Below, one piece after another: positions 7,989-18,816 of a stretch of 29,593 bases of DNA (position 1 is the first letter of the stretch; each line of letters starts with the position of its first letter). The notes beneath the pieces were generated by a model that was given only the letters and a program-made list of their open reading frames with translations, was not told the origin of the DNA and did no database searches. The position numbers and the translations under genes are program-made. Source of the stretch: Raphidiopsis brookii D9 (lineage in GTDB: Bacteria; Cyanobacteriota; Cyanobacteriia; Cyanobacteriales; Nostocaceae); NCBI GenBank assembly GCA_000175855.1, contig ACYB01000017.1, forward strand, positions 1 to 29,593. Reading direction: 5' to 3'.

Positions 7989-7991
7989 TTG
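7926..7991 (+). repeat. Copy 2 of ~65-bp direct repeat at the 3' end of the nSTAND ORF
   Basis: aggattgaataccacagccaagcttattacaaagaacccaagacctcaactctcaggaaatagttga. It supplies the terminal residues YHSQAYYKEPKTSTLRK. Confidence 0.85.
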
Positions 7992-8204
7992 ATGCAAATG
8001 CGATAACTCCTTTGCAAGATGGAATTCGAGCAGGGATCGCTAAAATATCAATTTTAGTATGAGGTACACCAAGGTTTTTAAAAACTTGGAACTTCTGTAA
8101 TTCGCACTTCCCTGAATTTTCTCAAGGGAAATTCTGAGGGAGTTAAAGGTCGATTGCGCGTTGACTATTAACAGCTAATGATTGCATGATTGTTTACAAT
8201 GGGA

Positions 8205-10325
8205 TTATCTTTGTTGAATTTCCCTTATTCTATCTAGAGCATCACGATAATTATTTTCTTTACCTTGTTGTTGGTATATGTTAACTGCTTTTTGGAAGTC
8301 AGCAATGGCACCTTGATTATATCCTAACTCACTGCGTATAATGCCCCGGTTGTAGTATGCATTAGCATAGTTAGGGTCAAGTTTAATAGCCTGATTGTAA
8401 TCGTCAATGGCACCTTGCTTATCTCCTAACTCACTACGTAGAATGCCCCGATTGTAGTATGCATCAGTATAGTTAGGGTCAAGTCTAATAGCCTGATTGT
8501 AATCAGCAATGGCACCTCGTTTATCTCCTAACTCACTGTGTACAGTCCCTCGATTGTAGTAAGCTAGAGCATAGTTAGGATTAAGTTTAATAGCCTGATT
8601 GTAATCAGCAATAGCAACTTGGTTATCTCCTAACTCACTGCGTACAAGTCCCCGGTTGATATAGGCATTAGTATAGTTAGGATTAAGTTTAATGGCCTGA
8701 TTGTAATCAACAATGGCACCCTGCTTATCTCCTAACTCACTGCGTAGAATGCCCCGATTGTAGTATGCATCAGTATAGTTATGGTCAAGTCTAATAGCCT
8801 GATTGTAATCAGCAATGGCACCCCGCTTATCTCCTAACTCACTGTGTACAATCCCTCGATTGTAGTAGGCTAGAGCATAGTTAGGATTAAGTTTAATAGC
8901 CTGATTGTAATCAGCAATAGCAACTTGGTTATCTCCTAACTCACTGCGTACAAGTCCCCGGTTGATATAGGCATTAGTATAGTTAGGATTAAGTTTAATA
9001 GCCTGATTGTAATCAACAATGGCACCCTGCTTATCTCCTAACTCACTGCGTACAATGCCCCGGTTGTAGTATGCATCAGTATAGTTAGAGTCAAGTTTAA
9101 TAGCCTGATTATAATCAGCAATGGCACCCTGCCTATCTCCTAACTCACTGTGTACAATCCCCCGATTGTAGTAGGCTAGAGCATAGTTGGGGTCAAGTTT
9201 AATAGCCTGATTATAATCAGCAATGGCACCCTGCCTATCTCCTAACTCACTGCGTACAAGTCCCCGGTTGATATAGGCATCAGTATAGTCGGGGTCAAGT
9301 TTAATAGCTTGATTGTAATTAGCAATGGCACCCTGCTTATCTCCTCCGTTGTATTGTTCAGCTGCTTTGTCAAAATAAGCTATGGATTGACTTTTTATAG
9401 AGTCATCAATATTCTCATTACTAGTCCCGCTTTCTCCACTATTCATACTATCGGATGGAGAAGTTATAGATCTGGTATTGAAATAGGTTTGAGGTAAGAC
9501 TCCATATAAGATATCGATGGGAATACCAGCGTTAAATCCTGTTTTGACCTGAAACGATACTCCTGATTCTGTTTGTGGGTTAATCAGTTTTCTGATTGTG
9601 GATAGGTTCGGTCTGAGGTTATTTCTTGTTTCTGATTGATTTGTGTTGTTATTTTCTAGCGCATCTGCATCTGCTAGTCCATGAATACCTATAACATTGC
9701 CATTGCTATCAAATACTGGTCCACCACTATTACCAATCCGAGTTGTAGCATCGTATATTAACCCATATCCTTTTGGAGCTTTCTGTTGAGGAATAAAAGC
9801 GACTACTTTACCGTTAGTAATACTGAAGGTTCTATCTCTACCTGTGAATCCAAAAATTGTGGGAAATCCAGCAACGAAAATATCTGATTGGATTTTGACT
9901 TGACTGGAATTCCCCAAGGATGCAATTTTGTAGTTTTGTTGGGATTCAAATGTTACTATTGCCAGGTCTGGATCTTGAAGTTTTGTTTGTAGTATTTGAC
10001 GTTTTTTAATTGGGTATTCTCTACCGTCATAGGTTCTAATACTGTAGGTAAAATCTGTTCTACAGCGAATTGTTTCTACTCCTAGGTTTTCACACACAAC
10101 GTGGTTGGCGGTAAGTACGGTGTAAGTATTTCCTTCTTTTTTGATGATTACTCCTGATCCACCAGGATTCGCATTTGAGTTGATTTGTACTGTGGTTTTT
10201 TCTAGGATGTCTCGAATTCTATCTATTGTTTGCGCTGAAGTGGGGACGGATGTAAGTGTGAATATAAGTAAGCTAGTCCAGCCGATTGATATTTTGTTTA
10301 TAAATGTACTTTGTGTGATGTTCAT
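8205..10325 (-). CDS. Secreted trypsin-like serine protease fused to TPR array
   Basis: 706 aa. Signal peptide ...SVPTSAQ; catalytic triad motifs TANHV, DPDLAIV, RIGNSGGPVFD; then 11 units of 34 aa of type AIADYNQAIKLDPNYxxAYYNRGxxxSELGDxQG. Confidence 0.9.
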   Translation of the reverse strand: MNITQSTFINKISIGWTSLLIFTLTSVPTSAQTIDRIRDILEKTTVQINSNANPGGSGVIIKKEGNTYTVLTANHVVCENLGVETIRCRTDFTYSIRTYDGREYPIKKRQILQTKLQDPDLAIVTFESQQNYKIASLGNSSQVKIQSDIFVAGFPTIFGFTGRDRTFSITNGKVVAFIPQQKAPKGYGLIYDATTRIGNSGGPVFDSNGNVIGIHGLADADALENNNTNQSETRNNLRPNLSTIRKLINPQTESGVSFQVKTGFNAGIPIDILYGVLPQTYFNTRSITSPSDSMNSGESGTSNENIDDSIKSQSIAYFDKAAEQYNGGDKQGAIANYNQAIKLDPDYTDAYINRGLVRSELGDRQGAIADYNQAIKLDPNYALAYYNRGIVHSELGDRQGAIADYNQAIKLDSNYTDAYYNRGIVRSELGDKQGAIVDYNQAIKLNPNYTNAYINRGLVRSELGDNQVAIADYNQAIKLNPNYALAYYNRGIVHSELGDKRGAIADYNQAIRLDHNYTDAYYNRGILRSELGDKQGAIVDYNQAIKLNPNYTNAYINRGLVRSELGDNQVAIADYNQAIKLNPNYALAYYNRGTVHSELGDKRGAIADYNQAIRLDPNYTDAYYNRGILRSELGDKQGAIDDYNQAIKLDPNYANAYYNRGIIRSELGYNQGAIADFQKAVNIYQQQGKENNYRDALDRIREIQQR
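8208..9329 (-). repeat. Array of 11 TPR-coding units (102 bp each) with a 306-bp higher-order period
   Basis: Units at 9329-9228 down to 8309-8208. Units 4-6 (8718-9023) and 7-9 (8412-8717) are nearly identical at DNA level. Confidence 0.9.
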
Positions 10326-10438
10326 ATATGGTTAATTGATGTTTGTTTGAGAATGGTTCATATTGTTTAGTATATGGTGTGGAGGTAATTTTTGGAAAGG
10401 GAGCTAATGGCGGAAAACCTCTCCAAATAATCCAACTA

Positions 10439-10873
10439 TTAAGTATCACCTATACCTGTATATTGATCACTACCAAATATTGCCTCCGGGTAACGGTAGT
10501 ATTTAAACTCCATGATGTTGTAAAAAGGGTCTTCCAAGAAAAAAGTTCGGTGTTCTAGGGGAGAACCAACAAAGCGATTTTTCGGTTCTTCTCTAAAATT
10601 CAACTCTTTATTTTTGGCAGATTCTAGGAGTTCTTGCCAATCCTCCTCTTGGGTAAACACTAAACCAAAATGCCTAGGATAAATGGCCTTTTGAGGTGTT
10701 AACGCTTCTTTTGTGATATGTGCTACTAGTTGATGACCGCAAAGATTCAGGATTAAAGCATGGGGGTTTTCTCGACCAGGTATACAGCCTAATCCGTCAA
10801 TATAAAAAGCTTTAGTTTGAACAATATCCCCAACAGGAAATGCTAAGTGAAATATAGTTTTCATGGTTACCAA
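10439..10873 (-). CDS. VOC (glyoxalase/dioxygenase superfamily) protein
   Basis: 144 aa: FHLAFPVGDIVQTKAFYIDGLGC...YPRHFGLVF...RTFFLEDPFYNIMEFKYY. Confidence 0.85.
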   Translation of the reverse strand: MVTMKTIFHLAFPVGDIVQTKAFYIDGLGCIPGRENPHALILNLCGHQLVAHITKEALTPQKAIYPRHFGLVFTQEEDWQELLESAKNKELNFREEPKNRFVGSPLEHRTFFLEDPFYNIMEFKYYRYPEAIFGSDQYTGIGDT

Positions 10874-10982
10874 TGTGTATTATTGCTTTCTAGCTAGAGA
10901 TGATGATTTCTTGGAAGATGAACCGGTGGGGTCATTATTGATCTATGATTATGTATGATCTATGAACCCACCATTCATCTTA

Positions 10983-11348
10983 CTAAGTGGGGACTTTAGC
11001 CTGACGGGCCATGTCCAGAAAACTACTCATGTTGGCACCGGGACGACGACGTGTTCGGGAAGTTAGGGTCAGCAGGTATTGGGGTGCAAAGGTAGTTTCC
11101 TTTGCTACTACTGGTTTTTCTACCGGTTTTGCCGCTGGTGCTGAAACTGATTCTACCTTGGGTGGTACAACCGATTCTACCTTGACCACTGGTGCTGTTG
11201 GTACTACTGTGGTTGGCTCATTTTCTTCTTTAAGCTCTAGGTAATATTCGTCCTTTTTACCAAATATTCCACTAATAAAGCTCAAAATCCCGGCAATTAA
11301 ATTTTTGATAAATCCAAACATGGCAAGCTCTCCTGTCTTCGATTCCAA
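10983..11348 (-). CDS. Small hypothetical protein, amphipathic N-terminus, Pro/Val-rich linker, basic C-terminus
   Basis: 121 aa. MFGFIKNLIAGILSFISGIFGKKDEYY...VVPTAPVVKVESVVPP...FAPQYLLTLTSRTRRRPGANMSSFLDMARQAKVPT. The N-terminal M may be at the internal MFGF. Confidence 0.6.
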   Translation of the reverse strand: MESKTGELAMFGFIKNLIAGILSFISGIFGKKDEYYLELKEENEPTTVVPTAPVVKVESVVPPKVESVSAPAAKPVEKPVVAKETTFAPQYLLTLTSRTRRRPGANMSSFLDMARQAKVPT

Positions 11349-11590
11349 TACAAGTTTAATTCTTTAACAATAATTTTACATTCTAGTTACGTTTTTTGAC
11401 GTTCCCCTGATTTATCAGGGGATTCCTGCTTCCATTGTAATAAATCTTATTTGTTTCTAGAGCTTGAGTTTGAGACAATAGAAGCAAATTTGATCAACAA
11501 TCCTAGTACCTACTTACCACCCATAGTGATTGAGCTTGGATTATAGGTTCTTTGGTTTAGGTTCTTTAACTTGTTACAGGAGAAGACTGA

Positions 11591-13117
11591 ATGAAATTAG
11601 CTTACTGGATGTATGCAGGACCTGCCCACATTGGCACCCTAAGAGTAGCTAGTTCTTTTAAAAATGTTCATGCGATTATGCATGCTCCCTTAGGTGATGA
11701 TTATTTTAATGTTATGCGTTCTATGTTATCCAGAGAACGTGACTTTACACCGGTTACAGCCAGTATTGTGGACCGGAATGTTTTAGCTCGTGGATCTCAG
11801 GAGAAAGTAGTAGAAAATATCACTCGTAAAGATGCGGAAGAACACCCGGATTTAATAGTTTTGACTCCTACCTGCACTTCTAGTATTTTACAGGAGGATC
11901 TACAAAACTTTGTAGATCGTGCCCAAATGGATGCTAAAGGGGATGTGTTGTTAGCAGATGTTAATCATTATCGTGTAAATGAGCTACAAGCAGCAGATAG
12001 AACTTTACATCAAATTGTTAAATATTACATAGAAAAGGCTCGGAAAAAAGAGGAATTGCCAACTGGTAAAACTGAAAGACCGTCGGTGAATATTATTGGT
12101 ATTTCTACTTTGGGATTTCATAATAATCATGATTGCACCGAGTTGAAAAAATTAATGGCTGATTTGGGTATCGAGGTAAATGCGGTCATTCCTGAGGGAG
12201 CTTCAGTCCATGAGTTGAAGAATCTGCCCAAGGCTTGGTTTAACTTGGTTCCTTATCGGGAATTGGGTCTGTTAACTGCTAATTATTTGCAGGAAGAATT
12301 TGGCACTCCCTATGTGGATATTACTCCTATGGGTGTGGTGGAAACTGCTAGATGTATTCGTCAAATTCAACAAATAATTAATCAACAAGGTGCCAATGTT
12401 GATTATGCGGAATTCATCAATGAACAAACTCTGTATGTATCCCAAGCTGCTTGGTTTTCTCGCTCTATTGACTGCCAGAATTTAACCGGTAAAAAGGCGG
12501 TGGTTTTCGGTGATAGTACCCACGCAGCAGCAATGACCAAAATTCTGTCTAGGGAAATGGGTATTCATGTGGTCTGGTCGGGCACTTACTGTAAATACGA
12601 TGCTGATTGGTTTAAAGCACAGGTCAGTGAATATTGTGATGAGGTTCTGATTACAGATGATCACGGATCCGTCGGAGATGCGATCGCCCGGGTGGAACCT
12701 GCAGCAATTTTTGGGACTCAAATGGAACGTCATGTAGGTAAACGCTTAAACATTCCCTGTGGAGTTATTGCAGCTCCTATTCACGTGCAAAACTTCCCCA
12801 TAGGTTATAAACCATTCATGGGTTATGAAGGGACAAACCAACTAACTGATTTAATTTATAATTCTTTCACCCTGGGAATGGAAGATCACCTATTAGAAAT
12901 TTTCGGTGGACATGATACTAAGGAGGTAATTACTAAGGGAATTTCTGCAGAATCTGATTTAAATTGGACAAAAGATGGGTTGGCTGAATTGAATAAAATT
13001 CCCGGTTTTGTCCGAGGTAAGGTGAAACGAAATACGGAAAAATTTGCCCGTGAACGGGGATTTAAAGATATTTCAGCAGAAGTGTTATATGCTGCTAAAG
13101 AGGCTGTGGGAGCATAA
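11591..13117 (+). CDS. chlB: Light-independent protochlorophyllide reductase subunit B
   Basis: 508 aa: [45 protein letters not shown]...[17 protein letters not shown]...[15 protein letters not shown]. Confidence 0.97.
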   Translation: MKLAYWMYAGPAHIGTLRVASSFKNVHAIMHAPLGDDYFNVMRSMLSRERDFTPVTASIVDRNVLARGSQEKVVENITRKDAEEHPDLIVLTPTCTSSILQEDLQNFVDRAQMDAKGDVLLADVNHYRVNELQAADRTLHQIVKYYIEKARKKEELPTGKTERPSVNIIGISTLGFHNNHDCTELKKLMADLGIEVNAVIPEGASVHELKNLPKAWFNLVPYRELGLLTANYLQEEFGTPYVDITPMGVVETARCIRQIQQIINQQGANVDYAEFINEQTLYVSQAAWFSRSIDCQNLTGKKAVVFGDSTHAAAMTKILSREMGIHVVWSGTYCKYDADWFKAQVSEYCDEVLITDDHGSVGDAIARVEPAAIFGTQMERHVGKRLNIPCGVIAAPIHVQNFPIGYKPFMGYEGTNQLTDLIYNSFTLGMEDHLLEIFGGHDTKEVITKGISAESDLNWTKDGLAELNKIPGFVRGKVKRNTEKFARERGFKDISAEVLYAAKEAVGA

Positions 13118-13246
13118 CTCCCCTAAGTCCTTTTCATCACAATCCAGGCGATCGCATTATTTAGGAGTAAGCTCCACTGTAGCTAGACCTATAAAACAAA
13201 ATGCGATCCCTATTACTGGTTAGAAAATGCTTAAGACTACAATCAG

Positions 13247-13633
13247 CTATAGTAGTCCTTCCAACCTCCGACGAATGCTGTCTAATTCAGAACTAGACAT
13301 TGCTTGTTGTTCCCCATTTGTGTTTTTACTGGAATTACCCTCTTGCCAACTTGTTGTCTCCATATTCTTTGGTGGGGGAGTAATCAAAACACTGCTATCT
13401 GCTGGTACAAATTGCCATTCAAAGCCATGCTCTTGACAAAATTCCTGGATTTCTCGTTGATCTATGTTTTCAACTTTAGCCATGGGGAAATCCTGGGCTT
13501 CTAACATCAGAGCGAAACGAGTTGCATCGTCTTCTGACTCAAACATCATAATTGTATTACGATCCCCCACTAAAACTGAATGAATTCCTTCATTATCTGT
13601 GCCAGCATTAAAAATTAGTACAAAGACACTCAT
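13247..13633 (-). CDS. DUF3110-type cyanobacterial/plastid protein
   Basis: 128 aa: VFVLIFNAGTDNEGIHSVLVGDRNTIMMFESEDDATRFALMLEAQDFPMAKVE... Confidence 0.75.
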   Translation of the reverse strand: MSVFVLIFNAGTDNEGIHSVLVGDRNTIMMFESEDDATRFALMLEAQDFPMAKVENIDQREIQEFCQEHGFEWQFVPADSSVLITPPPKNMETTSWQEGNSSKNTNGEQQAMSSSELDSIRRRLEGLL

Positions 13634-13759
13634 AGTTCATCCTGAAAATTTTCCCTTTATTTTATTTCTATTGATCCCAAATTCTATAGTTACCATCCTC
13701 TTCCCTAATATTCCAAAATCATTACAATATATTAAACCGTAGCATTGGGAGCATAATTT

Positions 13760-16660
13760 GTGGTAGCCAATCCCACGTATCGTCAAATTTCCACTGAAAC
13801 TACCCCTTCACTGGGAGAGTTTGTCCGTAGACACATTGGACCGAAAGCAGGTGATATCCAGGAGATGCTAAACTCTTTGGGTCTATCTAGCTTAGAGGAA
13901 TTAATTGAGCAAACAGTACCCAGCTCAATTCGCTTTTCCCAGGAGTTGAACCTACCAGCTGCGCAAAATGAACATACAGCACTGGCTAAACTCAAACAAA
14001 TAGCCAACAAAAATCAAATCTACCGCTCTTACATTGGTATGGGGTATTATGACTGTATTACTCCTCCGGTGATTCAAAGGAACATCTTAGAAAATCCCGG
14101 TTGGTATACAGCATACACTCCTTACCAACCAGAAATTGCCCAAGGACGTTTGGAAGCACTATTAAACTTCCAAACTATGATCATTGATTTAACTGGATTG
14201 GAAATTGCTAATGCTTCTCTATTAGATGAAGCAACAGCAGCAGCGGAAGCCATGAGCATGAGTTATGGTGTATGCAAAAACAAATCTTCTAACTATTTTG
14301 TTTCCAGCAGCTGTCATCCTCAAACTATCGATGTGATCCACACCCGAGCTAAACCTTTGGGAATTAAAATCATTATTGGAGATCATCAAACCTTTGATTT
14401 TGCTGAGCCAATTTTTGGTGCTATTCTCCAATATCCCGGAACAGATGGTAAAATTCACGATTATCGCCAGTTTATAGCCCAGTCCCATGCTCAGGGTGCA
14501 TTGGTGACCATAGCAGCAGATCCATTGAGTTTGACCTTATTAACACCACCAGGAGAACTGGGAGCGGATATTGCCGTGGGAAGTACCCAGAGATTCGGTA
14601 TTCCTTTGGGTTTTGGAGGACCTCATGCGGCTTATTTTGCTACCAAGGAGGAGTATAAACGGTTAGTTCCAGGGCGAATTGTAGGGGTGTCTAAAGATGT
14701 TCACGGTAAGCTGGCCTACCGTTTGGCTTTACAAACCCGTGAACAACATATTCGTCGAGACAAGGCTACTAGCAATATTTGTACAGCTCAGGTACTGTTA
14801 GCAGTAATGGCGAGTATGTACGCAGTTTATCATGGACCAAATGGACTGAGAAAGATCGCGAAAAATATTCATCAACTGACTAAGGATTTAGCTGCAGGAC
14901 TGGAAAAATTAGGTTATGAGGTCCTGAATAGGAACTTCTTTGATACCCTGCGTGTGGGGTTAGGAAATAGGAGTTTGGAAACCCTGCTGATAGCTGCAGA
15001 TGAGAGAAACATCAATTTGCGGATTTTTGATGATGGGGATATAGGAATTTCCCTGGATGAAACCACAAGCTTTACAGATGTGATAGATTTGTGGCAGATT
15101 TTCGCTTTTGCTAATGGAATAGGGGATGGTAATGATTTCCCCTTCAATTTTGAAGAGATTAGGGAAACTAATTCCTATCTGGGTCAAATTCGCACTAGTC
15201 CCTATCTTACCCACCCCATATTTAATAGTCACCATTCTGAAACTGAATTACTGCGGTATTTACATCAGTTGGAAACTAAGGATTTATCATTGACAACCTC
15301 TATGATTGCCCTAGGTTCCTGTACTATGAAGTTAAATGCTACTTCGGAAATGATTCCTGTTAGTTGGGCAGAATTTAGCAAAATTCACCCCTTTGCACCA
15401 ATTACCCAAACTAGAGGTTATCAAATTCTCTTTCAACAATTGGCAACATGGTTGGCAGAAATCACCGGTTTTGCAGCTATATCTTTACAACCTAATGCTG
15501 GTTCCCAAGGAGAATACGCGGGACTATTAGTTATTCGTGAATATCATCAAAGTAGACAAGAAGGACATCGCAATATCTGTCTAATTCCCCAATCTGCTCA
15601 TGGCACAAATCCCGCAAGTGCAGTTATGTGTGGTATGAAGGTGGTAGCTGTCACTTGTGATGAATGTGGTAATATCGATTTGGGAGATTTAAACACCAAG
15701 GTACAAAAATACAGTCGTGAACTCGCCGCTTTAATGATTACCTATCCATCAACCCATGGGGTGTTTGAAGAAACCATACAGGAAATTTGTGCCCTAGTTC
15801 ACCAACATGGTGGACAGGTCTATATGGATGGAGCTAATATGAATGCCCAGGTGGGTATTTGTCGTCCCGGTGATTTGGGTGCGGATGTTTGTCATTTGAA
15901 CCTACACAAAACCTTTTGTATTCCCCATGGTGGTGGTGGTCCAGGAATGGGACCCATTGGTGTTGCTCCCCATCTGGTGAAGTTTCTACCGGGTCATTCT
16001 GTGGTTAAATTAGATAGTGACCACGGTGCGGTTTCTGCTGCACCCTGGGGAAGTGCCAGTATCTTGGTTATTTCCTGGATGTATATAGCTATGATGGGTG
16101 CAGATGGCCTCACTCAAGCAACCAAAATCGCTATTTTGAATGCTAATTACATTGCTAAGCGATTGGAATCTTTTTACCCTATTTTATATAAGGGTAAACA
16201 TGGTTTTGTCGCCCATGAATGTATTTTAGACCTGCGAGGAGTAAAAAAATCAGCAAACATTGAGGTGGATGATATTGCTAAACGCCTCATGGACTATGGT
16301 TTTCACGCTCCCACAGTCTCTTGGCCTGTAGCAGGAACAATCATGGTTGAACCTACAGAAAGTGAGTCGAAAGCTGAATTGGACCGTTTTTGTGATGCAT
16401 TAGTTGCCATTCGTCAGGAAATTTTGCACCTGGAGTCTGGTACTATGGATCCAGGAGACAATCCCTTGAAAAACGCCCCCCACACCATACAAAGTTTGAT
16501 TGTTGGTGATTGGAACCACTCTTACTCCCGCGAGCAAGCTGCTTACCCTACAGATTGGACTCGTCAATTTAAGTTTTGGCCAAGCGTAGGTAGAATAGAT
16601 GCCGCTTTTGGCGATCGCAATTTTGTTTGTTCTTGTTTACCTTTAGACTCGTACATCTAA
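13760..16660 (+). CDS. gcvP: Glycine dehydrogenase (aminomethyl-transferring), glycine cleavage P-protein
   Basis: 966 aa: [17 protein letters not shown]...[19 protein letters not shown]...[21 protein letters not shown]. Confidence 0.97.
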   Translation: MVANPTYRQISTETTPSLGEFVRRHIGPKAGDIQEMLNSLGLSSLEELIEQTVPSSIRFSQELNLPAAQNEHTALAKLKQIANKNQIYRSYIGMGYYDCITPPVIQRNILENPGWYTAYTPYQPEIAQGRLEALLNFQTMIIDLTGLEIANASLLDEATAAAEAMSMSYGVCKNKSSNYFVSSSCHPQTIDVIHTRAKPLGIKIIIGDHQTFDFAEPIFGAILQYPGTDGKIHDYRQFIAQSHAQGALVTIAADPLSLTLLTPPGELGADIAVGSTQRFGIPLGFGGPHAAYFATKEEYKRLVPGRIVGVSKDVHGKLAYRLALQTREQHIRRDKATSNICTAQVLLAVMASMYAVYHGPNGLRKIAKNIHQLTKDLAAGLEKLGYEVLNRNFFDTLRVGLGNRSLETLLIAADERNINLRIFDDGDIGISLDETTSFTDVIDLWQIFAFANGIGDGNDFPFNFEEIRETNSYLGQIRTSPYLTHPIFNSHHSETELLRYLHQLETKDLSLTTSMIALGSCTMKLNATSEMIPVSWAEFSKIHPFAPITQTRGYQILFQQLATWLAEITGFAAISLQPNAGSQGEYAGLLVIREYHQSRQEGHRNICLIPQSAHGTNPASAVMCGMKVVAVTCDECGNIDLGDLNTKVQKYSRELAALMITYPSTHGVFEETIQEICALVHQHGGQVYMDGANMNAQVGICRPGDLGADVCHLNLHKTFCIPHGGGGPGMGPIGVAPHLVKFLPGHSVVKLDSDHGAVSAAPWGSASILVISWMYIAMMGADGLTQATKIAILNANYIAKRLESFYPILYKGKHGFVAHECILDLRGVKKSANIEVDDIAKRLMDYGFHAPTVSWPVAGTIMVEPTESESKAELDRFCDALVAIRQEILHLESGTMDPGDNPLKNAPHTIQSLIVGDWNHSYSREQAAYPTDWTRQFKFWPSVGRIDAAFGDRNFVCSCLPLDSYI

Positions 16661-16684
16661 AATAGAAGGAGGGCTATCCCTCCT

Positions 16685-17914
16685 CTAAAATCTCCCGTTC
16701 CCCTGAATAATATGTTTCACAGTGGTCAAGGTTTCTAAACTAATGAAACCTCTCCTGTGACCTCTTTGATTTGACATTCCCAAAAACACCGCATCTCCCC
16801 TGGAAGAATTACGAGCAAATCTAGGAGAAGCATTGATATATGTGGAAGCACTATTAACACCTAAGGCAAATTGTCTACTTTCTTGGTAAGACTCTGTGGC
16901 TATGGCATCCGCGTGACTACTACTATATTGATTAATCCACGCGATCGCACTATCTAAGGTATCTACCAATTTGAAAGCGATGGTCTTATTTAAATATGGA
17001 GTTCCCCATTCCTCATCTTGCACCAATTGCAGTTGGGGAAAAACTTGTACTAGTTCTGCATCTCCCCTGAGTTGAAAACCCCTGTCTTTTAGACTGTTCC
17101 ACAGTGTAGATAGGGAGGATGGTAAGGACTGACGGTGGATTAAAACCTTTTCAATGGCATTTACCGGATCCGGTTCGCTTTCATGACTATCTAAAATCAT
17201 CCATCGTACCATTTCTAAACTCCCATTTAAAGACCAGTAAAGGTAACAATTACCCATAGCTGATTTCAATACAGGACAGGTTGCTTGTCTAACTACTTGT
17301 TGAATCAAGCTGGAACGTCCATAGGGAATAACCAAACTTAAATAGTCTTCCTGCGTCACTAAATCCCTGATAGAAGTACCATGCTCTGCCGTAATTAATT
17401 CTACACAGCCACTAGGTAGACCCGCATCTAAAATAGCCGTTTGTAGAATTTCTGCGATCGCTCTATTGGAATGACTAGCTTCCGTACTTCCCTTGAGAAT
17501 GAGGCTATTACCAGTTTTCAGGCAAAAACCGGCGGCGATGGCCCCCAATTCTGGTAAAGCCTCATAAATAAAACCAATTACACCCAAAGGCATAAGTTGG
17601 GTATAACTTTGAGAATCTTCCTGTTGATAATCAGCAGTTCTCACCCGTCTTAGGGGATCGGATAATTCCCCCAATCGCTCAAGAAGATTCACGGTTGCTT
17701 GCAAGCGACTAGGGGTAAGTTTAAGCCAGTCCAGGATTAGTTCTGGGACTGCCATTTCCCTACTTGCTTCCAAATCAAGGGTATTGGACTCCAGAATATC
17801 ATCAAAGGAGCATTTTAGTGCCCTGGCCATTGCCAAAACTGCGCGACTTCGTTCCGCACCTTTAGTTGTACCTAATTTGATGGCAGCATGATAAGCACGT
17901 TTGGCAATGTTCAT
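16685..17914 (-). CDS. Divergent glutamate-5-semialdehyde dehydrogenase (ProA)-like protein
   Basis: 409 aa with ProA-like PLGVIGFIYEA, GFCLKTGNSLILKGSTEASHSN and GFISLETLTTVKHIIQGNG. The canonical catalytic CNAxE region reads PVNAIEKVLIH. Confidence 0.8.
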   Translation of the reverse strand: MNIAKRAYHAAIKLGTTKGAERSRAVLAMARALKCSFDDILESNTLDLEASREMAVPELILDWLKLTPSRLQATVNLLERLGELSDPLRRVRTADYQQEDSQSYTQLMPLGVIGFIYEALPELGAIAAGFCLKTGNSLILKGSTEASHSNRAIAEILQTAILDAGLPSGCVELITAEHGTSIRDLVTQEDYLSLVIPYGRSSLIQQVVRQATCPVLKSAMGNCYLYWSLNGSLEMVRWMILDSHESEPDPVNAIEKVLIHRQSLPSSLSTLWNSLKDRGFQLRGDAELVQVFPQLQLVQDEEWGTPYLNKTIAFKLVDTLDSAIAWINQYSSSHADAIATESYQESRQFALGVNSASTYINASPRFARNSSRGDAVFLGMSNQRGHRRGFISLETLTTVKHIIQGNGRF

Positions 17915-17964
17915 GTATTAACAATAAAATCAAGGTCTTAACCTATCACTGATATTTTTCTAAG

Positions 17965-18036
17965 AGCGGGTAACGCGATTCGAACGCGCGACATCAACCT
18001 TGGCAAGGTTGCGCTCTACCACTGAGCTATACCCGC
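17965..18036 (-). tRNA. tRNA-Gly (anticodon GCC)
   Basis: Reverse complement gcgggtatagctcagtggtagagcgcaaccttgccaaggttgatgtcgcgcgttcgaatcgcgttacccgct folds as a cloverleaf with acceptor GCGGGUA/UACCCGC and GCC anticodon loop CUUGCCA. Confidence 0.95.
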
Positions 18037-18157
18037 ATACCCAACACAACTACAATATCTCAGATTTTTGGTAGATTGTCAACCCCTATTTTTAAAAAAT
18101 TCTTAAATAATAATCAATAATCCAATAATTTTTTTGCCTCTGATGAATAATCCAGGT

Positions 18158-18661
18158 TTAGGATGGGACTGATTTTGCCAGATTGGGGCGCAATTGGCGC
18201 ATCAAACTAGCCATTTCTATGGCATCCATGGCATAATTCCAACCATGATTACTTTTAATCCCTGCTCTTTCCAAGGCTTGTTGCATGGTATCTGTAGTCA
18301 AAATCCCAAAAATCACTGGCACACCAGTTTGAAAACTGGCTGCAGCAATTCCTTTAGATACTTCAGCAGATACATAGTCAAAATGAGGTGTTTGTCCCTT
18401 GATTACGGCACCTAGACATATTATTGCATCATAACGTTGAGAAAGTGCCAACTGACGCGCCACTGTGGGAATTTCAAAACTACCGGGAACCCAAACGTAA
18501 TCTACTTGATTCCCTTGGGGGTCAGGATTTATCCCATGACGCTTTAGACAGTCTTGACATCCTTCCAACAGCTTTACAGTCACGAGGTCATTGAAGCGAC
18601 CAATAACCAGAGCAAACTTTAAAGCTTCCGCTTGAGTAAATGTTCCCTCAAAAACTGCCAT
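18158..18661 (-). CDS. ribH: 6,7-dimethyl-8-ribityllumazine synthase
   Basis: 167 aa: [42 protein letters not shown]...[17 protein letters not shown]. Confidence 0.95.
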   Translation of the reverse strand: MAVFEGTFTQAEALKFALVIGRFNDLVTVKLLEGCQDCLKRHGINPDPQGNQVDYVWVPGSFEIPTVARQLALSQRYDAIICLGAVIKGQTPHFDYVSAEVSKGIAAASFQTGVPVIFGILTTDTMQQALERAGIKSNHGWNYAMDAIEMASLMRQLRPNLAKSVPS

Positions 18662-18816
18662 TATTGCCTCTTTAAGTAAATATAAAGGATTAAGTTTGTT
18701 TAACTGCGACCTCTGGTAAAAAGATAGAAGAGTGGATAAGTATAAACAGTTAAGTTAATAACTATCTGCTCCTCTAATCTTGAGATTATGGGTTTTTGCC
18801 CATGGGTAATTGTTCT

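Noticed and set aside
8208-9329. CRISPR-like regular repeat spacing
   Set aside because: The 102-bp periodicity is contiguous TPR coding sequence with no spacers. No CRISPR array was seen in the window.
9309-9497. Plus-strand short ORF antisense to the protease-TPR gene
   Set aside because: Shadow ORF of a strongly supported CDS.
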